A stretch of DNA of 64,000 bases from Selaginella moellendorffii (taxonomy: Eukaryota; Plantae; Lycopodiophyta), in the NCBI RefSeq assembly GCF_000143415.4, contig NW_003314373.1, positions 452,876 through 516,875 of the forward strand, read 5' to 3'. Each line of letters opens with the position of its first letter. Within the stretch, counting starts at the first letter, position 1. Positions 1 through 12,169 of the stretch are shown here, piece after piece. Under the pieces are notes generated by a model. It did not search any database. It was not told the DNA's origin and worked only from the letters and a program-made list of their open reading frames with translations. The translations under genes were made by a program, and so were the position numbers.

Positions 1-2320
1 GTGCGTGCCGAGGCGGCATCGGTGGGCGTTTCTTCGCCTCTCGGCGACGGAATTCCAGCCAAGAAGAAGTTCTTTGGGGTCGACACTGTGACGCTCAAGA
101 AGGTGATACCTCTGGGTCTCATGTTCTTCTGTATTCTCTTCAACTACACGATCCTGCGAGACACCAAGGACGTTTTGGTGGTGACGGCCAAAGGAAGCAG
201 TGCTGAGATTATTCCTTTCCTCAAGACTTGGGTGAATCTCCCCATGGCTATCGGCTTCATGGTCATCTACACCAAGCTTTCCAACGTACTGTCCAGGGAG
301 GCTCTCTTCTACGCTTGCATTCTCCCCTTCATTGGGTTTTTCGGGAGTTTTGCGTTCTTGCTATATCCTTTGCGTGACATCCTCCACCCGACTGCTCTAG
401 CGGACCATCTTCTCTCGGTTCTCGGCCCCCGGTTCCTGGGCCCGATTGCCATCTTTCGCAACTGGACGTTTGTGCTGTTCTACGTCATGGCCGAGTTATG
501 GGGGAGTGTCGTCGTATCGGTTCTCTTCTGGGGATTTGCGAACCAGGTACTTACTTGCTTACGTTGTGTTGTTTGTTCTTAAACTTGTGTCTTCTCTTTC
601 AGATCACCACTGTGGATGAAGCAAAGCAGTTCTATCCCTTGTTTGGCTTGGGAGCCAACGTAGCGCTTGTTTTCTCGGGACGAACTGTTAAGTACTTCTC
701 CGAATTAAGAGGACGGCTGGGACCTGGCGTTGATGGCTGGGGAATGTCTCTGAAAGGAATGATGAGCATTGTTGTAATGCTTGGTTTTGCCATCTGTGGC
801 ATATATTGGTGGGTTAATGCTTTTGTTGTCAACGATCCCAACCTTCCCAAGATTGAGAAGAAGAAAAAGGTCAGTCATCTTTTAAGTTTTTCTTAAAACC
901 ATTTACTAACTCTTTTGAGCATCTCCAGAAGAGCAAGCCTAAGATGAGCATGGGCGAAAGTGCGAAGTTCTTGTTGAACTCGAGATACATCCGGGACCTT
1001 GCAACCCTGGTGGTTGCTTATGGAATCAGTATTAACCTCGTCGAAGTTACATGGAAGTCGAAGCTCAAAGCTCAGGTAACGATAGTCTTCTTTCGGTGAT
1101 ACTGGCTGCAACAACGCCTGTGTTTGTTAACGCAGTTTCCAAGTCCCAACGACTACTCGTCGTTCATGGGAGACTTTTCGACGTGGACCGGAGTTGTCAC
1201 ATTCAGTATGATGTTGCTGAGCAGGGTAATTTTCCGTAAATATGGATGGGGAGTTGCAGCTGCCATTACACCAAGTGTTCTTCTTGTAACTGGAGTGGCA
1301 TTCTTCTCGCTGGTTCTCTTCAGCGATCCACTAACTCCATTCCTCGGAGGTATTGGGTTGACTCCACTGATGGCAGCTGTTTACGTTGGAGCTTTGCAAA
1401 ACATATTCAGTAAAAGTGCCAAGTACAGCTTGTTCGACCCGTGCAAGGAAATGGCTTACATTCCCTTGGACGAAGATACAAAGGTAAATCTATGAATGTA
1501 TGCTGCTCTGTCGTTTATTTTTGTTTGTTGTACTTCAGGTGAAAGGAAAGGCCGCTATTGACGTTGTATGCAATCCGTTAGGAAAATCAGGAGGTGCTCT
1601 CATTCAGCAGGTTCTGATCTTGTCGTTCGGGTCCCTTGCCAGTTCAACTCCGTACCTTGGCGCCATCCTCTTGGTTATTGTGTTAGCCTGGCTGGGTGCT
1701 GCTCGATCACTCGACAAGCAATTCACTCCAATGGTCCAAGAGGATTTGAAGGGCAAGCTACTGGAAGGAAAACTCTCGGCTATGACTGCGGCTTTATCTG
1801 AAACTTCCAAGGTTGGCACTCGCGAGGTAAGCCTTCTTCCGAGCTACATGCAACGTAACTTAAAACCAAGTCTTAAAACGAGCGGTAAAAGAGTTGCATG
1901 AGAGTTCACGGCTGCATTTTTCGGTTTTAGAGTGGACAGGATGAACAAGTCACGTCATCGTCGTCCAAGAGTCTTAAGACAAGTTAGCAAGAGTTTTCCA
2001 AACGAGTCGGCAGTCAGCTAGGCATGCTAGTGGATTTGTTGTCCTCTTTTATTTTCCTTTTTTTTTTTTTTGTTTTCTGAGAAGACTTTTTTGCTCTTCA
2101 GGTGACGTACCGGTTTGTGAGTGGGCTCAACGACAAAGGTTTTATTGAAGGACGCTATGTTCCCGTGACCCCTGCGACGCCACCGACTAGCGAGACCAAG
2201 CCAGCACCTCCAGCTAAAGATGAACCAGTGGAAGCTACGATCGAAAACGGTTCGCCTTCGCCGGAATCGGGAGGGAGTGATGTAGATACAACTACTCGCG
2301 AGCCCGCGTCCATAAATTGA
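1..2320 (+). CDS. NTT: Plastidic ATP/ADP transporter (NTT/AATP, TLC family), 5'-truncated; exons <1-546, 603-869, 929-1075, 1136-1483, 1539-1826, 2102-2320
   Basis: Spliced ORF pieces give TLC-family motifs (FFCILFNYTILRDTKD, FWGFANQITTVDEAKQFYPLFG, SKSAKYSLFDPCKEMAYIPLD, KGKAAIDVVCNPLGKSGG). GT-AG junctions read directly and keep frame. Last-exon choice is less certain. Confidence 0.95.
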
Positions 2321-2583
2321 GAGAGGTATGCTACTCCATTTTGATTTTTTTTTTCCTTCGCTCTAAGATAAAACTGTCTCAGGCGAGCAGAGACGGATGT
2401 GTATCATCATGCGGTTTAGGCAACGTAGAAGAAAGTTGAGGTGCAGTCGATGATGATGACGAGATGATGATGATGATCACAATAAGCCGAGAGAAAGACG
2501 GTTCTATCTATTGTTTTATTTGTTCTTTCCAATTAATTCGTATCGTTTTTTTGTTCAAGCAGACAAAAAAAAGATTCCTACTG

Positions 2584-4569
2584 TCAATGAGCTCCTACGT
2601 TAAGACCAGTGTTTGCGAGCAACACATAGCCAGCTCCATCCAGTTGCTCCAAATCGAGAACTTCCTGGGCAGTAATCCTTTCTCGAGTGGTGGAGCTGTG
2701 GTAAGCTCCAAGCAGGCTCGTCCACTCGAAAGAATCGGGAGCAAAAGGCATGGATTGAACGAGACTGTGAGCGCCTTCCAAGTGTCCAGCTCGTCCAAGC
2801 ATATCAACAACGCAGCAAAAGTGCCGCTTGGATGGTTCCAGCCCAAAATCCACGATCATCGAGCGGAAGCATCCCAGGCCGGAGCTCACCTCGCCCGAGT
2901 GGCTCGTAGCACAAATCATGGACAGCATGGAGATCTCGTTCGGGAAAATGTCGCCCATCACCATGGCGTGGAAGACGCTTTTAATCTCGCGCGAGAGCTT
3001 GTTCTGGGAATATCCGGCCAGCATGGCGTTCCACGAGACCAGATTCCGGTCGGGCATCACGGAGAATAATTTCCGGGCCGGCCGCATATGCCCGTGCTGG
3101 GTATATGCCTGCAGCATGGTGTTCCACGCCACCATGTCTCTCTGTGGCATCCAGGAGAACATTCTTTGTGTCTCCCACACAGACCGGCCCAAAAGGAAGG
3201 CATTTAGTGATACCAGGTTGTGCTCGGGCATGGCATAAAAAATTTGCTTAGATTCATCGTTGTGCCCAAGTTGGGTATATGCTGCGAGCAGTGTGTTCCA
3301 CGCGAATAGATTCGTGTAGTTCATTCCATCAAAAACTTGGCGACATTTCTCGATTTTTCCGACGCGTGCATAAGCCGCAAGGAAAACATTACACAAGACA
3401 ATGTTGGTTTCTGGCATTGATTCGAAGATTCGTTCGACTCTTTCGTGCTGCCCAGCCAGGGCATATGCTAGCAAAATAGAGTTCCATGACACAGAACTTT
3501 TTTCAGGCGCCGAATCAAACAACACTTGGGCCTCGTCTATGAAACCATGTTGGGCATATGCGGAAAGCAAAGTGTTCACGGATACCATGCTGTGATACTG
3601 CATTGAGTCGTAAAACTTCTTTGCCTTCTGAATATCCCCTGCTTGGGTGTATGCCAAGAGCATGGTATTGAACGAGATCAGGTCAGCATCTTTTAGCTCA
3701 TCAAAAACTTTCTTTGATTTTCTAAAATACCCATGCTGCGCATACATGGCTAGTACGATATTCCAAGAGAGAGCGTTATGTTCGGGCATTTTGTCGAAGA
3801 GATTCTTTGCCTGTTCTATATTCCCATGTAAGGCATATGCTGCGAGCATTGCATTTAAAGAGGAAAGATTTGTGACTGGCATGCTATTAAGCATTCTTTT
3901 AGACTCATTGACATTAGAGCAAGCACTAATTACAGCCGTCCAAGCGACAAGATCCCACTCGGGCATCGAGTGAAACAAACGGTGACACTCCTGCGATTGC
4001 CCTCTCTGGGCAAATGCCGCCAGCAACGACGTCCACGACAGAATATCTAGCGCCGGCATTCGTCGGAATATCCCCACTGCATCCTCCAGATTCCCGTCAC
4101 GGCAATGTGCGGTGAGAATCACATTCCACACTACAAGATTGGTTTCCTCTAAAGAATCAAACAAGCGTTTGGCGTCGTCTAGATTCCCGTTTCTGGAAAA
4201 AGCAGAGAGCATTGTTGTAAATGCTACAAAATTCCATGCTGGCATCGCATCAAAGATTCCTTTCGATTCCCGCAAATGCCCATTTCGGGCATATGCTGTG
4301 AGCATCATCACCCACGAAAAGATGTTCTTGTGCCGGATGCCGTCAAACGCGATCCTGGCATCGACGGGGCCGCCACAAGAGCCGTACATCTGCACGACGA
4401 GGTTCCAGATGTAGGGGCCGTCGGATTCATGACACGTGTCCCGAAGCCACGCGTGTAGCTTCCTGGCCATTGTGATAGTTTCGCATGATCGAATCAACTG
4501 GGCGGCGGCCTCAGTGCTGCAATTCCACATTTGTTTGCAATGCTTGGAATCAAACGCAAACGCCACCAT
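2584..4569 (-). CDS. PLS-class pentatricopeptide repeat protein rich in short (~31 aa) repeats, with C-terminal E domain and no DYW
   Basis: 661-aa intronless ORF with tandem (N)LxSWNxMLxAYAQxG...FDxMP repeats and the E-domain sequence HFCCVVDMLGRAG...MPFAPD...WTSLLGA...YVLLAN. Confidence 0.92.
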   Translation of the reverse strand: MVAFAFDSKHCKQMWNCSTEAAAQLIRSCETITMARKLHAWLRDTCHESDGPYIWNLVVQMYGSCGGPVDARIAFDGIRHKNIFSWVMMLTAYARNGHLRESKGIFDAMPAWNFVAFTTMLSAFSRNGNLDDAKRLFDSLEETNLVVWNVILTAHCRDGNLEDAVGIFRRMPALDILSWTSLLAAFAQRGQSQECHRLFHSMPEWDLVAWTAVISACSNVNESKRMLNSMPVTNLSSLNAMLAAYALHGNIEQAKNLFDKMPEHNALSWNIVLAMYAQHGYFRKSKKVFDELKDADLISFNTMLLAYTQAGDIQKAKKFYDSMQYHSMVSVNTLLSAYAQHGFIDEAQVLFDSAPEKSSVSWNSILLAYALAGQHERVERIFESMPETNIVLCNVFLAAYARVGKIEKCRQVFDGMNYTNLFAWNTLLAAYTQLGHNDESKQIFYAMPEHNLVSLNAFLLGRSVWETQRMFSWMPQRDMVAWNTMLQAYTQHGHMRPARKLFSVMPDRNLVSWNAMLAGYSQNKLSREIKSVFHAMVMGDIFPNEISMLSMICATSHSGEVSSGLGCFRSMIVDFGLEPSKRHFCCVVDMLGRAGHLEGAHSLVQSMPFAPDSFEWTSLLGAYHSSTTRERITAQEVLDLEQLDGAGYVLLANTGLNVGAH

Positions 4570-5060
4570 TTTTCTAATGTCACTGAAAAGGCAAGTTCGT
4601 ACGCAACAGAGCTGGCTGGATGCTAAAAGATTCGGGCCATATTCGAAGATCCTCTAGCGCAACAACTCACCTACCATTCCAGTGGTGCCGTACGGACGGA
4701 CGTCTCTTTGTAAACCTTTTCTATTACATCACAAGGACAGGTTGGTGACGATGACCTGTGAATCAAAACCCAAGATAATCACGGTAAAAACGGATCAAAC
4801 GAGGGTCTCTGCCACTTACGTCATGAAAAACGTGCGCACAATTTAAAAATTCTCCTCTGACGCGCCGGTGAAACCAGCAAACTAAAGTTGACCGTACAGA
4901 GTCGGTCAAGAAAACGGAGCTCCGTCGGGGGGTCTCCGTCAACGAAACGGAGCCGTCGCCTTTGGCCCTGAAAGACTGCGCAAGAGAGAGCGGGCGAAAT
5001 GGGCCATGGCGTCCACGTTATACATGCCCTTGCTGTGACGACTGGGAATTCCAAGAACCC

Positions 5061-5069
5061 TATAAATAT
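5061..5069 (+). promoter_or_regulatory. TATA box of the DAHP synthase gene; probable 5'-UTR intron 5194-5312
   Basis: TATAAATAT at 5061. GTGAGT donor at 5194 and TGTGCAG acceptor ending 5312, two nt before the ATG at 5315. Confidence 0.55.
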
Positions 5070-5314
5070 TTCCCATCGCTCCATCACTGGGGCGGAGCGG
5101 TAGATAGGGCTTGGGAGAGCGATCGCTAGAAGAAGACATAGCTAGGGAAGCGCGAGGCAGATTCACAGGCGCGAGCAAGCAATCAATCGACCGGTGAGTG
5201 ACTGCGCACATTCTGGCACACATTTCGATTCGATCGATCTCAGCTTTGGCGCTGGATCCTGCATTGATTCTCTAGCTCGAGGCGGTCCTGAAAAGTTTGG
5301 GATTCTGTGCAGGC

Positions 5315-7371
5315 ATGGCGATTATCTCCAAGGCCGTTCTCCCATCCGCCGTTCTCCCGCAATTGGAGAACAAGAAGACGCAGCTCCTGGTTGGATCGTC
5401 CTCTGGCATCAGCTATGCCGGCAGATCTAGGCGAGCTGGATTGAAAATCCAGGCTGTGCACGCCGTGGAGCCGATTACCGAGGCGCCGGCGGTGGCAGCC
5501 CCGATCCCCAAGGGGTGGAGCAAGGATAGCTGGAAGACCAAGAAGGCCTTGCAGCTGCCGACTTATCCCAGCCAGGAGGAGCTGGAGGTGGTGATCAAGA
5601 CGCTCGAGAATTTCCCACCCCTGGTCTTTGCTGGAGAGGCGAGGTCCCTCGAGGAGAAGCTCGGTGAGGCGGCTCTTGGAAGAGCGTTCTTGCTCCAGGG
5701 CGGTGACTGCGCTGAGAGCTTCAAGGAATTCAATGCCAACAACATCAGGGATACTTTCCGGGTGATCCTCCAGATGGGAGCCGTTCTTATGTTTGGTGGA
5801 CAAATGCCTGTTATCAAGGTACGTTGCTCTCGAGTTTCTCTCTTTTTCTCTTCCTGGAAGATAGATCTCTGAAACGACTTTCATTTCAGGTGGGAAGAAT
5901 GGCCGGCCAGTTCGCAAAGCCGCGATCTAGCGACTTTGAAGAGAAAGATGGTATCCGGCTCCCATGCTACCGTGGAGACAACATCAACGGTGACGCGTTT
6001 GATACGAAGTCGAGGACCCCCAATCCGGAGAGGATGACTCGAGCCTACTGCCAAGCTGCTGCTACTCTCAACTTGCTGCGATCTTTTGCCACGGGAGGTT
6101 ATGCCGCCATGCAAAGAGTCACTCAGTGGAACCTGGATTTCACCTCCGACAGTGAACAAGGTGGAAGGTACGGGAAAACATCCTTGCGTCCATTTTGGAC
6201 TTTTTACCTTTGGTTGATTTGTCGAGTGCTCGTTTGCTTGCTTTCGTGGTCATTTCCAGTTCTCAGGCTTTTGTTTTTGTCTGGCTTGATTGTAAATTTA
6301 TTGTGAGGGGTCGAAAAAGTGAAGATCCGTGTTGCAGGTGGCTGGAACGTCCAGTCGCGAAGCTTGGACTCACTTGGCAGTCTCTTGCCGTTTCGTAGCC
6401 TTTAAAAGTCGTCCTGTTTGATATTTTTTCGTCAATTCCAGCACAAGTTGAACGAGTGCTTTCTGCATGTAACAGATACAAGGAGCTTGCGAATCGTGTC
6501 GACGAGGCTTTGGGATTCATGTCAGCTTGCGGGCTTACGATCGATCACCCGATCATGACGTCGACTGAGTTTTGGACCTCTCACGAGTGCTTACTGCTAC
6601 CGTACGAGGAAGCCTTGACTCGCCAGGACTCGACGAGCGGCCTCTGGTACGACTGCTCGGCACATATGTTGTGGATTGGAGAGCGCACGCGACAACTCGA
6701 CGGAGCACACATTGAGTTCCTCCGAGGAGTAGCAAATCCCATTGGTGTTAAGGTACGCGTTATCTATCTCTTCCTTGTATCCAATACCTGACTTCTTTGA
6801 CTCGCAGGTAAGTGACAAGATGGACCCCAACGAGCTGGTCAAGCTCATCGACATCCTGAATCCTCAAAACAAGCCCGGTAGGCTGACTGTCGTTGTCCGC
6901 ATGGGAGCCGAGAAGCTGAGGATGAAACTTCCGCACCTCATTCGCGCTGTTCGCACGGCCGGCCAGATCGTGACTTGGGTGAGCGATCCCATGCACGGGA
7001 ACACCATCAAAACTCCGAGCGGATTGAAAACCCGTCCTTTCGACTCGATCCGGGTAAGTCTCTTGACATCGATCGCAGCTCCCAGCATTTGTTTCCAGAG
7101 AACTAAAAACGTTTTGTTCTTGTCCATCCAGGCCGAGCTGAAAGCTTTCTTCGACGTTCACGACCAGGAAGGAAGCCATCCCGGCGGCGTGCACCTGGAG
7201 ATGACCGGGCAGAACGTGACCGAGTGCATCGGTGGGAGCAAATCTGTGCTGCTGGAGAACCTGTCCGATCGCTACCACACTCACTGCGACCCCCGGCTCA
7301 ACGCCTCGCAGTCTCTGGAGCTGGCCTTCATCATCGCCGAGAGACTACGAAAGAGAAGATTGGGCTTGTAA
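5315..7371 (+). CDS. DHS: Class II (plant-type) DAHP synthase with plastid transit peptide; exons 5315-5818, 5890-6167, 6476-6752, 6808-7053, 7132-7371
   Basis: Motifs [88 protein letters not shown]. Canonical splice sites. Confidence 0.96.
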
Positions 7372-7530
7372 GTAAGCAGCAAGAACACCATAGCTACAAG
7401 CTATGGAGATTTGTGGATAGCTTTGCAAGTCACTAGAAGGAGACTTTAATTCTATCTTAGTAGGAGATAGTATGGATTTTTGGATTGACCACCACCCACC
7501 ATAATATCTAAAGAAGATAAAACGCGTTTG

Positions 7531-9495
7531 ATGCACAGAAGATCTTCCAGCTTGGCCTTGGACAAGATTGGATCGCCGCGAATCGACAACGAGGGCATCG
7601 CGAATCTCATCCGCCGCTGCGCTGCCGCCGGGGATCTTGACGAGGGGCGCCGGATCCACGCCCAGATCAAAGCTCACAGCTGTGGCTATGGCGGCGAGAG
7701 GTATCATGGGAACCTCTTGGTGGAGATGTATGGCAAATGCGGTAGCGTGGATGACGCACTCCTCGCGTTCAATGGCATCCAGCGCAAGAACCTCTTCTCC
7801 TGGAACATCATGCTGGGCGCGCTCGTCCACAACCGGCGCGGCGCGCAGGCGCTGGATCTCTTCCAGGAGATGGATCGCCACTCGATCGAGGCGTCCAACG
7901 TGACGTTTGTGACGCTCGCGGGCGCGTGCTCCGAGCTGGGGGATCTCTGGCGCGCCAAGGCCCTCCACGCCCGGATCGCCGCCACCGAGTTTGCGGCACA
8001 GACGATCGTGGGGAATACGATCGTGGGCATGTATGGGCGGTGCCGGAGCGTGATCCACGCGCGGCAGGCATTCGATCGGATCGAAAACAAGAGCGTGATC
8101 TCGTGGAACTCGATCATCACTGCATATGCCCAGAATGGGCATTCCAAGGAGGCGCTTGGGATTTTTTTCGCGATGGATCCCGAGGGCGTCAAGCCCAACA
8201 GGGTGACTTTTCTCGCAGCGCTGGACGCTTGCTCGATCGAGACCGAGCAATCCAGCAACCTGGGACGAGAGATCCACTTCAGGATCATCGAGTCGGGGCT
8301 AGAATCCGAGGAGACGATCGCCAATAGCCTTGTAAACATGTACGCGAAGTGCGGCAGATTCGATCAAGCCTTGCGCTTGTTCCAAAAGTTTCTTCCTGGG
8401 ACTGTGGTGTCGTGGACCGCGATGATCACTGCAAATGCCCATTGGGGGCATGGACGGTCGAGCATCCGGCTGTTTGGCGAGATGGATCTCGAGGGAATCG
8501 CGCCGGATGAGATCACTTGCATTAGTGTTCTTGACGCGTGTGCGAGAGAGAGAGACCTCGATCGGGGCCGGGAAGTGATCGAGCTCGTTTTTGAGCGAGG
8601 TTTCCAGCACCACGTTGTGGTGGCCACCGCGATCGTGAGGCTGTATAGCGAGAGTGGCGATCTGGATCGGGCGAGAGAGGTTTTCGATTCGATCGAGAGG
8701 GGCAAGAGGACGGATGTGTCGTGGTCGACGATGATCCAAGCGTATGCCCAGCACGGGTTTCCCAGAGAATCCATCGATCTGTTTGACGAGCTCTCCGTGG
8801 AGGAGAAAGAAGGCCAACGAATCAACGAGATGGCGATCGCGGCGGCACTGGAATCATGCGCAATGGTATCGGAGTGGAAGCGAGGAAGAGCGATCCATTC
8901 TCGAGCTATGGCGATGGGCTTCGATCGATCGTCCAGCGTCGTAGGCTCCGCGCTCGTCAGCTTCTATGGCCGCTGTGGAAATCTCAAAGAGGCGAAGCAA
9001 GCTTTCTCCATGGCTGCGAGGAGAGACGTGATCTCCTGGACAGCGATGGTGTCGGCATTTGCTCACCATGGCTGGGGCGAGGAAGCGCTCGAGATCTTCC
9101 ACGCCATGATCCTCGACGGTGTTCTTCCCAATTCGGTCACGCTCCTCAGCATTCTTTCGGCTTGCAGCCACTCTGGCCTGCTCAAGACAGCCCGCGAGAA
9201 GTTCGTGTCGATGGAAGACGATTTTGGGATCCATCCGCTGAGCGATCACTACGATTGTCTCGTCGATAGCCTCGGGCGAGCCGGGAGGATAGGATCCGTG
9301 GAGGAGATGCTGGAGTTCATGCCCTTCCATCCGGGGGCTGTGGTTTGGATGAGCTATCTCTCGGCCTCCAAAGTTTTGGGGGATTTCGTGAGAGGGGAAC
9401 GAGCGGCAAGGATGCTGCTTGATCTCGATCCGGGGAACTGCGCAGCGTATTTAGTGGTTTCCAACATGTATGTCTCTACTGAGAACGAGGAATGA
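7531..9495 (+). CDS. PLS-class pentatricopeptide repeat protein with E domain, no DYW
   Basis: Intronless ORF with P-L-S triplets (GNLLVEMYGKCG, SWNSIITAYAQNG, PNRVTFLAALDACS) and HYDCLVDSLGRAG...MPFHP...AYLVVSNMY. First ATG at 7531. Confidence 0.92.
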   Translation: MHRRSSSLALDKIGSPRIDNEGIANLIRRCAAAGDLDEGRRIHAQIKAHSCGYGGERYHGNLLVEMYGKCGSVDDALLAFNGIQRKNLFSWNIMLGALVHNRRGAQALDLFQEMDRHSIEASNVTFVTLAGACSELGDLWRAKALHARIAATEFAAQTIVGNTIVGMYGRCRSVIHARQAFDRIENKSVISWNSIITAYAQNGHSKEALGIFFAMDPEGVKPNRVTFLAALDACSIETEQSSNLGREIHFRIIESGLESEETIANSLVNMYAKCGRFDQALRLFQKFLPGTVVSWTAMITANAHWGHGRSSIRLFGEMDLEGIAPDEITCISVLDACARERDLDRGREVIELVFERGFQHHVVVATAIVRLYSESGDLDRAREVFDSIERGKRTDVSWSTMIQAYAQHGFPRESIDLFDELSVEEKEGQRINEMAIAAALESCAMVSEWKRGRAIHSRAMAMGFDRSSSVVGSALVSFYGRCGNLKEAKQAFSMAARRDVISWTAMVSAFAHHGWGEEALEIFHAMILDGVLPNSVTLLSILSACSHSGLLKTAREKFVSMEDDFGIHPLSDHYDCLVDSLGRAGRIGSVEEMLEFMPFHPGAVVWMSYLSASKVLGDFVRGERAARMLLDLDPGNCAAYLVVSNMYVSTENEE

Positions 9496-10155
9496 CCCTT
9501 GCTTGTACAAACATCGAATCCCACCATTTTTGTAATGTCATGTGAGACCTACCAGATGGACCGTTCGCCCTTCCAGATTCCACGGATCAAGTCTAAAGCA
9601 AGCTTTTGGAGTGGCGTAACTCATGGCTTCTGATAATATCAATTGATCATACTACTTAAAGACAGTGTAATTAATTCCAGTTTTTGTGCATTTGGATAAA
9701 AAAAATTCGGTCAAATGGTACTAAGATGAATGTTAACACTCTGAAATTTTACTAGTAATGTATTGCACTTTTGCTTATCTTTCATTGTATCAAGCATTTT
9801 ATTTTATGCTTTTGCTTTTCCATTCTATTCAAATAATATTAATCTCAAAAATCATAAATATAAACATATATTGTAAGGTTCAATTATATGTCTACGATGT
9901 TGTATATTAATATTAATGTAGTGGGATTTTGGTAGCTGTTGAATTAGTTTCAATTTAAACCTTTTACTCTTGTATATAAATGAGGGTTTTTGGGCTAATT
10001 GATATGCACATTTTTTATATTCCCTTTCCGTATTTCATGCATATGGAAATAAAGGCATTTTTGACACTTTTGGTATCGGAGACATGGTCAACAAGTCGTA
10101 GGATACAACGAGACATTCGATGTGGGCATCGAACTTCTTCTATGGGTGGTGGAGT

Positions 10156-11298
10156 TGTAAGGAACCAACTCGCCAAGGTGTCGTAGGATAAAGGAACCCC
10201 GAAAGCATGACCAAAATGACAAAGAGTTCATCGGATGGGACCAAGTCGAAGATCGAGTCCAAGACCGACTCTAGGACCGAGTTCGAGATAGAGTCCGGAA
10301 TCGAGTCCGAGACCGACTCGGGGACCGAGTTCGAGTCCGAGTTCGAGACCGAGTTCGAGACGGAGTCCGAGATCCGAAATCGAGTCCGAGGTCGAGTCCG
10401 AGGTTGGGTCCGAGATCGGGTCCGAGATCGGGTCCGAGATCGAGTCCGAGACCGAATCCGAAGTCGGATCCGAAATCGGGTCCGAGATCGAGCCAGAGAC
10501 TAAGTCCAAATACTAATACGGGTCAAGGGGTGAAAGCCCAAAGCGTGCGTCTCCCAGGGGGGGGGGGGGGGGGGCTTCCCGGGGTTCCCAAAATTTTTTA
10601 GGGATAGTGAGGTCCAGGAACCAGTTTAGAAGGGACTCTCCCGTGGGGGTCCCCAAATGACTTTAGGTTTGGACTGGGACCGAGGGGCCTTGGGTGGGAG
10701 TGAGCATGGACTTGGTTGGTGCCGGAGGGGCCATCCAAGGAAGTGCTCAAGAGTAGCTCCCACTCCCGAAAGGGAAACCGATTGCGGTGCTCCCGGCTCA
10801 TGTGGAGTGGTGCCCCACTTGAGTACCATGCGGCTCATTGGTCCTCGCCCTTCCTAGGGGCTTGGGCCTTCCTTCGGGATGGAAGTGGGGGGCGAGAGGT
10901 ACCCATACCGGGCCGCTAGGCCACGGTGTTTCGCCCCGGCGTCCCGAAGCAAGTGTTGCACTCAAGACTTGGGATTTAGAGGGTCCCATGATCAAGTCTT
11001 GTGGTACCAAAGGATGTTAGGAACTTAGAAGTTTGGTGTGCTTGGCTACTTGTGCTTGTGGGGAGTGTAGCCGAACCTTAAGTTTAGTCTAACCCGGGGA
11101 GGGGGATTGGGAGTGATTTGGGAATCCGTGGATGGATGGCTAACACTCCGTTGCTCGTGCAGTGAGTAGCTGAGACCAAGTAGGAGCTGGTACCATAGGC
11201 GAGAACCTTGGCAAGGGAACTTAGCAAAAGCCAAGGTGGTGTTAGACGGATAGACGAGGTAAGCTGGCAAATTGGAAAGGAAAAATTTGTGGCTTACA
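10156..11298 (+). mobile_element. LTR family A copy (TG...CA), preceded by a PPT-like tract and followed by a PBS
   Basis: Near-identical to the inverted copy at 21284-22431. Upstream GGGTGGTGGAGT; downstream TTTGGTATCGAAGC. No TSD. Confidence 0.85.
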
Positions 11299-12169
11299 AT
11301 TTGGTATCGAAGCTGTCTTTTAGGAGTGTTTAGATTTGAGCTTTTGCATCATCTAAATCTAGTTTTTTCTATTTCCTTTCTTTTGTTATTTCCTTTCGAG
11401 ATTTTGGTTTATATCTAGCTTTTGCAATGTCTAAATTTCCCTTTCTTTCTAGCTTTTTTCATTTCTTTTTCTTTTACTCTTTCCTTTTTATTCATCTTTA
11501 TAGCAAAGTAATAATTTCTTTTTCTTTTGACTCTAGAGCAACAATTGGTGCAATTGTTCAATATTATGCAATTGCAGTTGAACAACCAAACTCAATTAAT
11601 GGTGGCATTCACAACATGTGGTATAACTCTTCATGTTCTTAGTGTTAATCCCCGCATTCAGCTAAAATTCTTTCATGGGAATTCTAGGGATGATGTGTAC
11701 TATTGGTTTGATCACTTCATGGTGATTGCCGTATATCATTCTTAGGATGATGCTCAACATTTGTTTGAGTTTCCCACGTGTCTCCAAGGGACGACACTGT
11801 AGTGGTACAATGGTTTGAGGGTAGGCACTCGTAGAGATTAAAGTATTCTCTCAGACATTTTCAATTATGCATTTGGACATACCGACAATTATGATAATGC
11901 CTTTCAATAATTGCATCATCTTCATGAAGGGGCATCTTGTGAGACACAAAACCCCTGGGCCCCAAAGTTGAGCCGGAAGGGTGCCACGTGGTAGTGGCCG
12001 AAGCGAAAGCCAAACGAGTGTAACACGTTTGGGCCAAAAGCTCCGACTTGAAAGGTTGAGAGCGGGAGTGAAACTCCTAACGAAGTGCTCGAGGAATGAG
12101 CACGAAGCGAGCAATAAGCGAGGCTCCAAAAAGGGACCCAAAAGGACCAACACATGACACGTGGAAGTG

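Noticed and set aside
7345-8277. 310-aa antisense ORF and similar shadow ORFs over the PPR, DAHPS, XXT, PPO and Fic genes
   Set aside because: Expected opposite GC-rich coding sequence; no recognisable motifs.
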